From Callorhinchus milii (taxonomy: Eukaryota), in contig NW_024704742.1 of the NCBI RefSeq assembly GCF_018977255.1, positions 15,998,001 through 16,062,000 on the forward strand: a stretch of DNA of 64,000 bases, written 5' to 3'. Positions 26,586 through 39,589 of the stretch are shown here, piece by piece; the first letter of the stretch is position 1; every line of letters begins with the position of its first letter. A program made the position numbers and the translations under genes. The notes below the pieces were generated by a model. The model was not told the DNA's origin and made no database searches. It saw only the letters and a program-made list of their open reading frames with translations.

Positions 26586-29339
26586 GTCTAACATCAAATG
26601 AATTATTGCATGAAAAGTTCCCATTGTATATGTGCAACATCTAAATAAGATCACGGTAAAAAAAATGGGCAAATCTGGACATATATTACCATCAAAAGCA
26701 GAAAGAAGATCTTTTTGATGCATTTGTCTCATAACACATGTTCAGGGCCATCTATTTACAGTAGAGAAGTGCATCCATTAAAATAAATGTATTCACTTCC
26801 ATCCACACCTAGCCCTCTGCTTCCAATGGCTGTTCTGCCTTCTGGGTATTGCCCTCAGCATCTTATGCCAGCATTGACAGCTGCTCTCAGAAAGGCCTTA
26901 TGGGGTGCCACTCCGCTCAGCAATGCTCTGGAGCAAATACCACACAACAGTTATTTTTGCTGCTGTTTCAGGGACAACTTGTAACTTTGTCTAACATTTC
27001 CTCAAAAAACAGCTGAAGTATTACTCCAGGATGCTGAATGTTTCCTCAGCAAGGATCTTGGGTTTGGCCCCATACCTGGTTACATCAAACCTTTGCTGAG
27101 GAGGTCGGAATCCACTATGGCACAATCAGCCATGGAATTACTGCTTGACACATGTCATCAAATAACATTATCCATTATTCTTTACCAGAATTTCAAATTA
27201 AACTTACTGTTCTTAACACTTGGATGTCTTCAGCTCTTCCCAGGCAGAGGGCATCAACATGCATGATATACAGGGTAATCAAAAAGTCATGATACCATTA
27301 CAATGTCTAATAAGTCTTAAAGAAATTATTTTTAGATAATATGGTAGTTATCATGAATTGTGGTCACCATGTAGTTCCTTTTCACACAAACTATTCATGG
27401 AATGGAATCTCATGCTCTGACACTAAGGAACATGGTTACGTTTCTGAAAAGAACAGCTGTGGCAACCTATGCAGTCTCTGATGCCTCACACCTTTGGGAA
27501 ACCAGCAATAGAATAGAACTGCTGCTGCCTAAAAGTTGCTAAATTACATCAATATATAGGAAAGAATGCATGGCAGAAAGTTTGCTCACACTTTCACCTC
27601 ATTCCCGCTCAGATGCCCTGCTAGCAGCATTCAGCACTTTGATGAATGGTGTTATAAAATTATAAATTGTATCATATTGTAATTGTATTTATATAGTGTA
27701 CTGCATGAACAGCAACTTGTTTTATTTATGGTATAAAACCCAACACATTCCTAGTTTTTTTTTGCACTCATGCGATCACAGAGACCTTACAACTAACTAT
27801 ATTTTCTTGATCTAATGTTAATTCTGTACACATTTTCAACATCTGTATAAGAATCATGCTCACTTCACAGCTGAAGTTTGAGCTCACACTAATGGATATT
27901 TTCTGTATCCTATATTTGTGGTAGACCCACTATTGACTTCACATCCCCACTACGATTCCCACCAGACATCGGTGAAAGAGTTTATAACAATAGTACATCC
28001 TTTTTCAGAGGAAATGGAGCAATAATGTATATTGATCATTTCCTTCAAACTGGTTAATGCCAATCCCATTAATAACCTCTGGTTAGTGTTAATGTAGTTA
28101 ATCTTGGGATTCTTCATACAGTAAGGTGCCAGGAATTTTAAGGCAGTACAGTAAAGTGACATTTACACTGTTTAAGGAGAACCCTTTGCTCTCCTTTCAT
28201 GTGTAAGGCAATCTCTAATCTTTAGTTTCCAATTAGACCACTTGTATCTTGCCATGTCGGCGATTGTCCTGATAATATTTAGGAAAACAAAAATCATTTA
28301 AAACATGAATTTGATCTGAACAGTCAGCCGTAGAATATAAATTTAGCTAAACGCAGCGAGTTGTCTAATTAATGAACCTAATGCTTTCATTAAACCAGAT
28401 GTCAGCTTGGCTTTACTCTGCCTCAGGCTAAACAGTGAAATTTCCTGAATATAAATTATTATAGGTCAGACAGTCCATTTTGACAACTTCCATATAAGTG
28501 AACATGTAAAGCATAAAATTTACCATAATAACCCTTGAGTGACATAAATGATCTGAAAAAGCATATTTTTGCAAACTAAGGAATTAATAGCAAATATTCA
28601 ATGTTTGGTGAAGGTTCACTAAACAAATGAATGACCTGTGTAATATTCTGTGTAAAAGTAATCTTTCTCTGAGTTTTTTAAATAAGAATTATGGAATAAT
28701 GTGAGCAGGTTTAATGTAATCTAACTTACCCGTGCTATGTTGATTTAAGCATTCAAGAGTATACTAACATTGGCACTTAACAGCATTATACTGTTTAACT
28801 GGGTTAAGTAAATTTGCTGTTATGAGCATAGATGACAAGTGCACTCTCCTGCATGAAAATTTGATGAGGTAATTGTTCAACTTACAATGATCTCAACTGC
28901 TGCGCTATTTTGGAGGTATGTCTACCTGCTTTTTGTGAGCAGATCAATGTTTGACACATGCAGAAACTCATCACCTCATCATGCTTAAAAGTATCAAAAT
29001 CAGATTAAGAGTTCCACATATGTATGCACCCCCACATGTCCTGGTGTCTGAAATTTAATGTATCCTCTCCCCAGACGGAAGCAACCTGCCTTCCTAAATC
29101 CCAAATTTCTCATGGCATTAGCCTTAAGTTCATTTATTGTCTTCACATTAAAGATTATTGTAGATTTGGGGAAATTATTCATTAAAAAAAACTGTGGAAA
29201 ACACCTTCCAAATTGGAACTGATTAGAGAATTTTCCAAAATTTTGCACAATCTTACATCTTAAGATGATGTTGTTAAAAGCTAAAAGCACATGGAATTTC
29301 TGAGGTCCAAAAAGGTGATCTGGATCAAAACAATACAGA

Positions 29340-29500
29340 GCAAATTACATGTATGTAGTAGCTTTCACATTGAGAGGAAGTCTTAAAGTGCTTGACAGTG
29401 CTGGCTGGGCACACAAGCTGGGGTTGTCAGAGATGGAGTAGGGAGGAGAAAGATGAACAAAAGTGGAGTCAGAGAGATACATTTCAGAAAAACTGATCAC
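29340..29500 (-). mobile_element. Degraded L2 3' fragment
   Basis: 'caaattacatgtat...gctttcacattgagaggaagtc'. Confidence 0.65.
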
Positions 29501-29609
29501 ATAATAAATCAGTTTATATAACAGATTTGATTGAATATATACTGTGCTGATATAATATACAATATAATACTGTGCTGATAGTTCTTTCACTTCAAAATAA
29601 TGTATCTAA

Positions 29610-29704
29610 TGCTTTTTCCTAACTTTCCTTAAATAATTAATTCAGAACAGTACAAACTGATGCTCTTTTTCTAACTTTCTTTAAATAATTAATTTATCAT
29701 CAGT
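29610..29704. repeat. About 50-bp imperfect tandem duplication
   Basis: 'atgctttttcctaactttccttaaataattaatt' and 'atgctctttttctaactttctttaaataattaatt'. Confidence 0.8.
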
Positions 29705-32283
29705 GATAGTTATGAGATGTTACAAACTTTCTGCCAAACTCTTTCCTCCACAAGGCCTGAAGGGAGATGCCAAGTCCAGTGTTTCTGGATTAGTGATAGG
29801 ATTGGATATAAATGATTTGGAAGTGTGGTTGAGGTCAGAATTTTTAAAAAAATGTGATGCTGTAATGGGAGGATTGTAGAGTGGGCCTTCTGGAGGGATG
29901 AGATCAAATGGATCAAAGCGCCTTCTGTGTCTGAAGTAATCTTATGTCGATCTCGATGGTGTAATTAGTTGAAGTAACTTTTCTATCCACCTCAAAAAAC
30001 AGGCTTAACAAATAGCAATGTTAACTTTTCATTTAGATTTAAAAAATCAAATTGCTTAACTGCTGAAAAAATTTATAAAACATCCTAATTCTTGAATTCT
30101 GTTTGCAGAAAATTGCATGATAATGACTCAGAACATAACTAGCTGGACAGAACAGACTCCCGGGAAAGATAGTTGAGGCCAGGACATGGGAAGATGATAG
30201 GGTATTTATTCTGGATGGTTGAGATCAAATGAGTCAAAGGACCTTCTTCATCCAAACCTCACTTACTTACTACCATTCAAGGTCCTAAAATTTTGATAAA
30301 TCTGTGGTGTTTTCATTGACCTGAAGCCAATGTGGTTACCTAACACTCAAAAATGAGTTTCTTCTCTGTATTTAAAATACACACAGGGAGATTACTTTAA
30401 AACTTTTTTTTTAGCAGATATAGTATCTGAGGCAGCAAGTACAAGGATTTATGTTTCTGTCTTTGATTAGTGCTGCCTTAAATCTATAATGAGATCTTGG
30501 TCACTGAACCTTTTAATGTATGATGTGTTAGTCACAGAAAGCACTTAAAACACAGTTGCTACCAAACTGAAAGTGCCGTTTTCCCTGTGTTACTTGAATT
30601 TTCAGGATTCTTTCTCCATTCAAAAGCTTTTTCCATTATTAATGAACTGAAATTTTCATATACTGGTTGCTAGCACTACGGAAAATTCAAAACACTAGAA
30701 CAGTAATTTCAACAGAGTGAAATTATTACTGTATATTAAATAGCCAAGAGAACAACATCTTTCTTATCCCATGGATTGTGAAAAGAAACAATTTATTTTC
30801 CATCAGATAACTTTCAATTGTGTGTAGTTTTGATTGATAATGTTGTTTCGAGGGTCACAGTGGATAAGAACCATTTAGTTTACAATACATAGCATCATAC
30901 AAGCATGAAGATTTGATGGAAGTGCAGGATTGCAAAGTAGTTCTGTCAACTCTAGAGATGTTATTATGAATTAGTGATCTGACATATTTTAATTGGTGTG
31001 GAAGGGCAACATTTTGTATCTCTCATTCCTTGCTGGCATCATTCTTAAAGAATAGATACATAGTCAACCAGCGACTAGCAGAGACAATTAAATCTTAGCT
31101 ATATGTTTAAATTTTGCAGCATCCACACAGGGTCACAAAATAAAGTGCATTTTTTTAACACAGTGAAAGCTCACATCTTTTTCATTTAGCCACATGTTCT
31201 TCGCAGAACCTAGGATTAAGTGAAAACTGAACCAAAAAACTGAACTGATCCTAATTTGTTACTGGGTCAGAAAAGCTTAAATTTGTGTTAAAAACAAAGG
31301 TTTTTTTGCCAGAAATTTGGAACCAGACTTTTATGTCTCCTTTTTTGAGAAGTATTGAACCTGAAATTCTACCTAGCTTCATAGCCTAATTAAGACTATT
31401 TTGTCTTAAAATTTTAATTAATGCAGAATTGTGAAATATTCTTCAATTCAGTCTTAATTTTTAGGAACTGTAGAAATCTGACTTCCAAATCAAGACTGGA
31501 TCTAAGAATTTTATGCAAAACTGTACAAACTCAAACTTTAAACCCAAACTGGCTTAGGCTAGGGGAAGTTTAGTGCTTCTGAGTTCAGTGGGTATAAATA
31601 AATTTTAATTGAACCGAATACCTCAGCTCTTTCTCTTATTCTTGATAAATCCACCAGACACTGCGTGCCTGAAATATTTCTAAAACTGGTAATGCAAATA
31701 CAGTGTTTACACTGCAATGGTAAAGGTTAAAAGTAGATTGCACAATGCATGGTCGGCACTTCGTAGCTCACCTTGATTAATCTACTGTACAAAATCAATA
31801 CTAAGGTCACCAAGGTATAAACATGTAAATGCCAAAGTACTTAATATAGAAAAGGCACTGCAGTGTAAAATGACACACATTCACAACATTTAAGAAACTT
31901 GTCAGTCTGAAAGTAGCTTACGAGGGTTTAAATAAGATAACAACAGTTTAAGCAAGCATGCAGAAAGACCTTAGGGCTTTAGCTAATTACAATATCTAGA
32001 CACAGTCTAATCACAGCATCTCACCTGTCAGATTGTACAATATGGCTGTTGTCAGAGGTGGGGGAATGGGATTACATGTGATAATCTCCTGAATTAAATT
32101 CTTGTCCTGGTTCCAGGTCAGTAATAAGATCTCTTCAGTGTTGATTCCTGCTTTGAGACAATCACTTGCAGCTTACAAAGAATGATTCGTTCTTCCATTT
32201 CAATTTGTTTCATAGCACTGCAATAAAAAAATGTTAATTTGCTTTTTATCTATTTTTCATAACTGAAACACCCAAGAATTTAT

Positions 32284-32690
32284 GTCAGCTTGGCTCACAC
32301 TCGCCTGAGTTAGAAGGTTGGCGGCTCAAATACCAGGGCAGGACTTGAACTGGCATAGTCTAAGCTTACACTCCAATGCAGTACTGGGGATGTGTTGCAT
32401 TGTCAGAGGTACCATGCTTTGGATGAGACGTTAAACCATGGTCCTGTCTCCCTATTCGGATGGATGTTAAAGATCCCTTGATTATTCAAAAAGAGAAGTG
32501 AGTTTCTCCCGGTGTCCTGGCCAACAATCCCCAAAAATAAAATTGGTCACTCACTCCATGACTGTTATGGGACATTGCTGTGTGCAACTGGCTGCTGCAT
32601 TTCACCCACAAAATAGACACTAAATCTACTTTACAGTTTTTCCTGTGAAGTGCCATGAGATGTTTCAATAATGTAATAAGGCGGAAAAAG
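32284..32690 (+). mobile_element. SINE-B, near full length
   Basis: tRNA-like head 'gtcagcttggctca...tgagttagaaggttg', Deu core, decayed tail. Confidence 0.9.
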
Positions 32691-32694
32691 GCAT

Positions 32695-32716
32695 TGAATC
32701 CTGTAGCTCAGAGGTT
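32695..32716 (+). mobile_element. SINE-A 5' stub, split by an L2 insertion (continues at 34744)
   Basis: 'gaatcctgtagctcagaggtt' corresponds to the SINE-A start GAGTCCTGTAGCTCAGTGGTT; the next consensus bases AGAGCACTCGC appear at 34744. Confidence 0.85.
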
Positions 32717-34743
32717 CCCCCACATAACCTCTCCCTCACGACCCACCCCCCACCCATCCCCCCCATAGTCCTTCAACCCTATGTCACCCTCCTCCCTCAC
32801 CACCACGGTCCGCAAACTCAAACCCATCCACTGCTCCCTCGATCCCATTCCCACCTCTCTCCTCATCTCCCAACTCCACTTTCTGGCCCCCTTCCTGTCC
32901 GATGTCATCAACCTCTCCTTGTCCACCAGTTCAGTTCCCACCCTCCTAAAAACAGCCGTCATCAATCCCATCTTGAAAAAATCTTCCCTGGATCCATCCC
33001 TCCAGCTACCGCCCCATCTCTAACCTTCCATTCCTCTCCAAGGTCCTGGAACAAATTGTCGTGTCCCAGCTCCACTCCTTTCTCTCTCCCCATTTCCTCT
33101 TTGAACCCCTCCAACCCAGCTTCCGCGCTGCCCATAGCACGGAAACAGCCCTGGTCATAGTCACTGATGACATTCTGAACATCTGTGATCAGGGCTCCCT
33201 CTACCTCCTTGTCCTCCTTGACCTCTCTGCCGCCTTCGAGCATGTGGAGTCCTGTAGCTCAGTGGTTAGAGCACTCGCTTTGCAAGCGAGAGACCTGAGT
33301 TCAATTCCAGGCAGGGCGAAACCTTGGGGAAGTTTCCTTACTCCACACACCTAATAATAATCCCTCCAAATAACAAAAAAAATAATAAAGTTGGTCATTT
33401 TCAATCCATGACTGTTTGTGGGACACTGCTGTGCGCAATTGGCTGCCGCGTTCGCCCACAAATATACAGTCAATTTACTTTACAGTGTGTTCTGTGAAGC
33501 GCTTTGAGACGTCCTCCCGACGTGAAAAGCGCTATATCAAATGCAAGGATTATTTTTATTATTAAATCTTCATGGACCTGCCCTTGCCTGGTTCAATTCC
33601 TATCACTCTCACCATCTCTACTTTGTTGCCTCTAAAGGTTTCTCCTCCAGCTGTCGCATCTGGCGTCTCCCAGTGCTCTGTCCTTGGCCCTCTCCTCTTT
33701 AATATCTACATGCTCCCCCTTGGTGACATCAACCGCAGACATGGGGTCAACTTCCACATGTATGCAGATGACACCCAACTCTATCTTTCTGCCTCCATCC
33801 TCAACTGCAGGACCACTGTTGTCCTGACAGACTGCCTGTCGGACACCAAGTCCTGGATGAGGACTAAGTTCCTACAGTTGAATGTGAACAAGACTGAGGC
33901 CCTCCTGATTGGCTCACGCCAGCGCCTCTGCACCTCAGGCTCTGGCAGCATCAACCTCCATGGTTGCACACTTTAACTCACCAAGCCAGTCAGGAACCTA
34001 AGTGTCTTGTTCGACCCTCAACTGTCTTTTCTTCCCCACATTCAAGCCATGACCCGCTCTGCCTTCTCTCACCTCCGTAACATCGCCCGACTCCGCCACT
34101 ACTTCACCCCTTAGGCCGCTGAAACTCTTGTTCATGCCTTCATCACCTCCAGGCTCGACTATGCAAATGCCCTGCTTGTCGGCCTTCCCAACTCCTCCCT
34201 CCACAGGCTGCAGATAATCCAGAACTCTGCAGCCCCTGTCCTCTCCCGCACCAAACTCCGTAACCCCATCTCCCCCACTCTCGCCTGACTCGATTGGCTC
34301 CCTATCCTTCAGAGGATCTAGTTCAAGATCCTGGTCCTCACATACAAAGCCTTCCATGGCCTCACCCCACCCTACCTCTGCGACCTCCTAACCCCCTACC
34401 AACCTGCCCGCTCCCTCTGCTCAGCCGTCTCTGGTCTGCTCCATGTCCCCCAACCCACCCGCCCCACCATTGGCGGGAGAGCCTTCAGCCACTCTGCCCC
34501 AACCTCTGGAATTCCATCCCCCAGTCACTCCGCCTCGCCCCCTCCTTAGCCTCCTTCAAGTCCCACTTCAAGACCCTCCTCTTCAACCATGCCATCGGCC
34601 ATCCCCCTTCCCCTACCCGCTCTTCTCCCCCTGACCCCAGCTCGGGTCTGAAAGGCTGCACACTGTCCAGCGCCTTGGAACGCCCTCCTGACGTGAAAGG
34701 CACTATACAAATGTAATCTTGTTGTTGTTTTTGTTGTTGTTGT
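32717..34743 (+). mobile_element. L2-clade LINE, 5'-truncated, containing a SINE-A insertion
   Basis: [31 protein letters not shown] and an intact [10 protein letters not shown]; stops and frameshifts; (GTT)n tail. Confidence 0.97.
33244..33563 (+). mobile_element. SINE-A, short form, young, nested in L2
   Basis: Full head with anticodon arm CTCGC-TTTGCAA-GCGAG (TGC, Ala); loop CTCCC. Confidence 0.96.
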
Positions 34744-35040
34744 AGAGCACTCGCTTCGCAAGCGAGAGACCTGGGTTCGATTCCCGGCAGGGCAAAACCT
34801 TGGGCAAGATCCCTTACTCCACACGCCTGATAATAATCCCTCAAGAAAAAAATAATAATAATAATTTGGTCACTCAATCCACAACAATTTGTGGGACACT
34901 GCTGAGCGCAATTGGCTGCCATGTTTCACCCACAAATATACAGTCAATTCACTTTACAGTATATTCTGTGAAGTTCTCTCTTTGAGACTCGCGAGACGTG
35001 AAAAGCTCTATATCAAATGCAAGGATCATTATTATTATAT
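34744..35040 (+). mobile_element. SINE-A remainder (3' part of the copy starting at 32695)
   Basis: Starts AGAGCACTCGCTTCGCAAGCGAG; canonical box B GGTTCGATTCC; (ATT)n tail. Confidence 0.93.
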
Positions 35041-35762
35041 TAAATGCTAGAAATATTATTGTTAAATGGGTCCTGAACCCACAATCTTCTTACACAGAGG
35101 CAAGAGTTCTTCCAAATGAATCAGGGTATAACAACTATAAGGTACTACAACTGTGGAACTAAACCACTGATTGTTTGTTCTTTAATTGCAGTTTGTTGCT
35201 GTGAGTAAAATAAATACGCTTAGCCCATCCTTTGTCAGTGATTTCCCTTTTAATTCATTAATAGGCAGAGGGATCCTCTGAACTTGGTGCATCATATTCC
35301 CCTTAGGTTGATTAGTTTATTGACCTTGCCAGGGTGAGCTTATAATAGGAAATGGCCTTTGCAAGTTAACTCTTGCAAGGTCACTAAATTTACCATCAAC
35401 TGGAGAATCATTGCTAATTACCATAAAAAAGGTGAGTGAGAATTAGCCAAAGCTATTCATTTTTCTAATTCCCATATGGAAATGATATATCTCTTTGGCA
35501 ACAGCCATGCGCAAATAATACAAAGAAGGAAACACACCACTTCATTCAAAGAATGGAGACTAAGAACAGAAACATAAGGCAAAATCGGAAACAATGCAGG
35601 AAAATATAATAATAATCCTTGCATTTGGTACAGTGACTTTCACATCAGGAGGACGCCTCAAAACGTTTCACAGGGTATGCTGTAAAGTGCAGCAACTGTG
35701 TGTTTTGTGGGAGAATGATTGTGTGTATTGCAGCCTTTACGTAGTAGATCCATAAAGCCTGC

Positions 35763-35800
35763 AGGGTGACCATATTTTTCAAACCAAATCCGGGAACACT
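35763..35800 (+). mobile_element. Possible hAT-type terminal remnant
   Basis: 'cagggtgaccatatt...aaatccggga' resembles hAT/Tip100-type MITE ends; no partner end found. Confidence 0.3.
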
Positions 35801-36994
35801 TATAAAATTAATTGAACTCACCACAGTTCCTGATGCTGGCAATACTGGAGAACCTTGTTGGATTAATGGCTGTATTTTTCTGATGAGCGTATCTGTTTTA
35901 GAATGTTATTGTTCTTGCTCCATTTGTTGATGAACTCAAAAAAGGGCAATTTTGGCCAGGGACACAACACCTCACCCAGGGAGGACATTTGTTCATCGTA
36001 CTAAAGGATCTGCATTATAAGGCCTAAAAATGAAGCAGAGTGACTATTATATAACTGCCAGCCTCTGACGCAGTAGTCTCAACTGCCAGCAATTTGTGTT
36101 TCTGCTCTGCTGGTCTGCACTCTCCCTTAGTTGAGTGCACTGGAGTATCTTTTAAGTCTGCTCTCAAGTACATAACAGCTCATTACAATAAGTAACATAT
36201 GTATTGTATCTCTGTGTGGAATTAAATAAAACACAGAAAATTGAACATGACGGGTAGAAAAGGCTTTGAAAATAACATCATAGAACAGGGGATAAGTTTG
36301 TCAGGCTTGTTCTGCCATTATGTCTATGGTAACTTCTTTTATTTCCATTTCTCCACCTTTTCTCCACACTGTCCTCACTGGCTTCCTTTTCACCAAACCT
36401 TAGCTCGTCTAGTCCTCCAAGTTCTGAGGCATATCACGCACAAGGCCCCAAGCTCGCAACACCTCATCCTTGCCAAACTGTACTGGCTTCTGATCCAGTA
36501 GACACCCTCTGGCATCTTGTGCAAGTGGCTATTTTTCATGTCTGAGGCTAGACAGTGAGTTTCAGCATATCTTTCAAAGGAGCATGGAATTACAGATAAG
36601 CCTGATCGTCTTCTTACCCTACTTCCATACCTAAGCACTTAGTCAAGAAAAGGGTGTCATTAGATTGCAATTAGGAGAGGAAACTCTGATTGTCTGTGTC
36701 ATTCTCAATAGCCAGAGGTGTTAAGGCCAAACCTAGCACCTTGACTCCTGTTCCAGCTGCACTTATTAATGAAACTTAGTAACATCTCCCTGATGCAATC
36801 TCCAATCTCCCTGAAGCTGTACATTAATCTCCCTGAAGTTCTTATTTGAATGTCACAAGGTACGTGGGTGATGAAGCAACACCTTAAATCCATAAAACAA
36901 TCTGCAACCAAATATGCATCTGCTGTGCTCCTCTCCACGTTGCTTTCCTGTGTATGGTAAAAATGACTTTTGCAAAATGTAGCTTGCTAGAGCA

Positions 36995-37422
36995 TAATAA
37001 TATTTTATTTGACATAGTGCCTTAACACATTGTCGAGACATCTTAAAGCGCTACGCAGGATTTTAATGTAAAGTGTCATGACTATGTATTTATAGGTGAA
37101 CATGGCAACCAATTTACCCACAACAATGTCCCACGTACATCCATGAAGTGAAAGACTAATTTTATTTGGGGGATTGTTAGCCAGGAATAAACTTTGTTCT
37201 CTTTTTGATTAGTGCCATGGGATCTTTAATGTCCACCTGAACAGGCAGACGTGACCTCAGAACATCTCACCCAATAGACAGCATCTCCAACAATGCAGCA
37301 CACCCCAAGCACTGAATTGAAGTGTTATCCTGGATTATATTCCTTTAAAATTCCAATGTGATGCTTGAGCCCAAACCTTCCAACTCAGAGGCCAGAGTGC
37401 TACCAACTGTGCCAGTTTGACA
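36995..37422 (-). mobile_element. SINE-B, near full length
   Basis: 'agtgccatgggatctttaatgtccacctgaacaggcagac...ccttccaactcagagg'. Confidence 0.9.
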
Positions 37423-37657
37423 CACAATTAGTGGAAGCTAATTGTAGAGGTATACAATATTAAGTACTAAGCAGAATGGGTGTACACAAGACTGCGTGTA
37501 GTGCTCAGTTATGAATAAAGTTGGGGTGAGAGCAGACCTGGGTACAGTGCTGAGTGATGAGCACAGTGGAGCTGGGTTTAGTGCTCAGTCCTTGAGCACA
37601 GTTAAGATGAGACTGAAGCTTTGGTGCAGTGCTGAGTAAGTTTGAGGTGAAAGTGGG

Positions 37658-37920
37658 GCAACAACGATAAATGACATTTATATAGCACCTTTCATTTTGG
37701 AAGGATGCCCAAGGCACTGGACAGTTAAGCATTTGCACCCACGCTGGGGGTTAGAATCAAGTGGGTTGAGGGTAGGAAGGTGGTCAAAGACATGATCAAA
37801 GAGGAAGGTCTTGAGATGGGCCTTGAAGGAGGCAAGGAGGGCCAAGGCGGGGGGATTCCTGGATGTAGTTCCAGAGGATGAGGGCAAAAAAGCTGATGAT
37901 CTGACTGCCAATAGTGGGTG
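37658..37920 (-). mobile_element. L2 3' fragment
   Basis: Encodes SFKAHLKTFLFDH; tail hairpin present. Confidence 0.88.
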
Positions 37921-39189
37921 CACTGTTGATACTGAGCAGAATTGTGCTAAAAAAGGAACAAAGTCCAAATTTGTTTTTGTGAATATTGACTGCATTGGGA
38001 TCTATAAATATCTATCCAATTAATAACATGACCTAGAGTAATCCTTCTGTTCTTGCTGGTGTAAAACACTATTGTTAGGCACCATAAAAACAACAGTAAT
38101 TGATTCAAAATAAAATGTATGACATTTTGGGGTACAATTTGTCACATCTAGCAATTTTGACTCCAATAACTGAGATAACTGAGACACTGTTTAACTGAAA
38201 AACTTTAGTAATACATCTAGGTGATCTAAAGATAGTACAGTATTGTGAGAACATACCGGAAACCAAATAAAGATTGTTACTGGAATTTCCACATCACTGG
38301 AAATTTGCTCTGTGAACTATTCTAGGACTTATCCATTGTAGGATTCATTGTCCATTTTTAATCAGTTTTATTTTATCTTAAAGGCTGCAATTTCTTCATG
38401 GTATTTCACCAACAAGGTTGGAATTGCTGCTGCTTAGAGTCGAGTTTGCCCAATGGTTCATAAATGTCATGACACATTGCTGGAAAGCCATTTGCAGTTT
38501 GTATCCAGTCAAGTTGAGGTTATATTTTGTGGGTGAAGAGGGCAAAACTGTTTGCTGCACTTGAACAATCATGGTAAGTTATATGTGAGTGTCAGGTAAC
38601 CTCAGCATGGAGTAAACGTAGCCTGTACCTCATCACTTTCATTGGTTCAGGCATGACTGTTCTTTATACAACCAAGTTCATACATTTACAATAGACAGAT
38701 TGCTCTACTAATGATGGAATGCATTCGGAACCTTGCTAAAATATGGTGCTGAGCCAAACTCTCACCTGCGTAATTGACTTTGGCTTAACAACTGAAACTG
38801 TTAGGGTCTCAGTTCAATTTTAATGAGACAAGATTAATTCAGGCTGAACTGATCCAGAAATCGTAAACTGATAAATGTTTACTGATTTATGTATTGCAAA
38901 TGTGATGACAGATGCAAAGGTTATTCATAATACATTACAATGATGCACTTGCTCTGCTGAAACAACTTTCTCTATCCAGACACCCTGGCTGGTTCTGCTG
39001 TACACTAAAGTGCTTAGCTAATTTCAAGCCAAAGTACCAGGGTTGTCTATGATTAAAATTGTTGAGATGAATTGTATATTACTTTATGGAGTTGGGAGTA
39101 AAAGGGAAACTAATCATCATTAGAGATGGTAAGCACCTGCTCCCTGTAATAAAATATTAAAACCGTATGATAGTCACCATGAGTTACAC

Positions 39190-39525
39190 TAATAATCCTT
39201 GCATTTGATGTTGCACCTTATCACATCAGCAAAACATCTCAAAGGAGGATTTTACTATTAAGTGTAGTGATAGTATTTGCAGGCAAACATAGCCAAAAAT
39301 TTTGCACACAGCAATGAAGTCAATGCTCAGTTTGATCTGGAGAATTGTTGGCCAAGGCACTTGGTTTCCTTTTCTTCTCAACTAATGCCATGGGATCTTT
39401 AACATTCACCTGAGCAGGAAATGGGACCTTAGTTTAACATCTCATTCAAAGGACTGCATGACTGACTAACCCCACCCGATCCAGCACTCTTTCGGTGTAC
39501 CGGCCTAGACTGTGAGCTCAAAGCC
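39190..39525 (-). mobile_element. SINE-B, degraded
   Basis: 'tgccatgggatctttaacattcacctgagcagg...tttaacatctcattc'. Confidence 0.82.
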
Positions 39526-39589
39526 TGTTTACTTTTTGAACAGTGTGCTAAAAAATTAAAAGGTAACTCCGGCCTGCAAAGATTTTGTA

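Noticed and set aside
27043..27102. Hairpin TCCTCAGCAA...TTGCTGAGGA as a pre-miRNA
   Set aside because: Only about 10-12 bp pair; the inner part pairs poorly.
27268..27300. Tc1/mariner TIR 'TACAGGGTAATCAAAAAGTC'
   Set aside because: No matching second TIR nearby.
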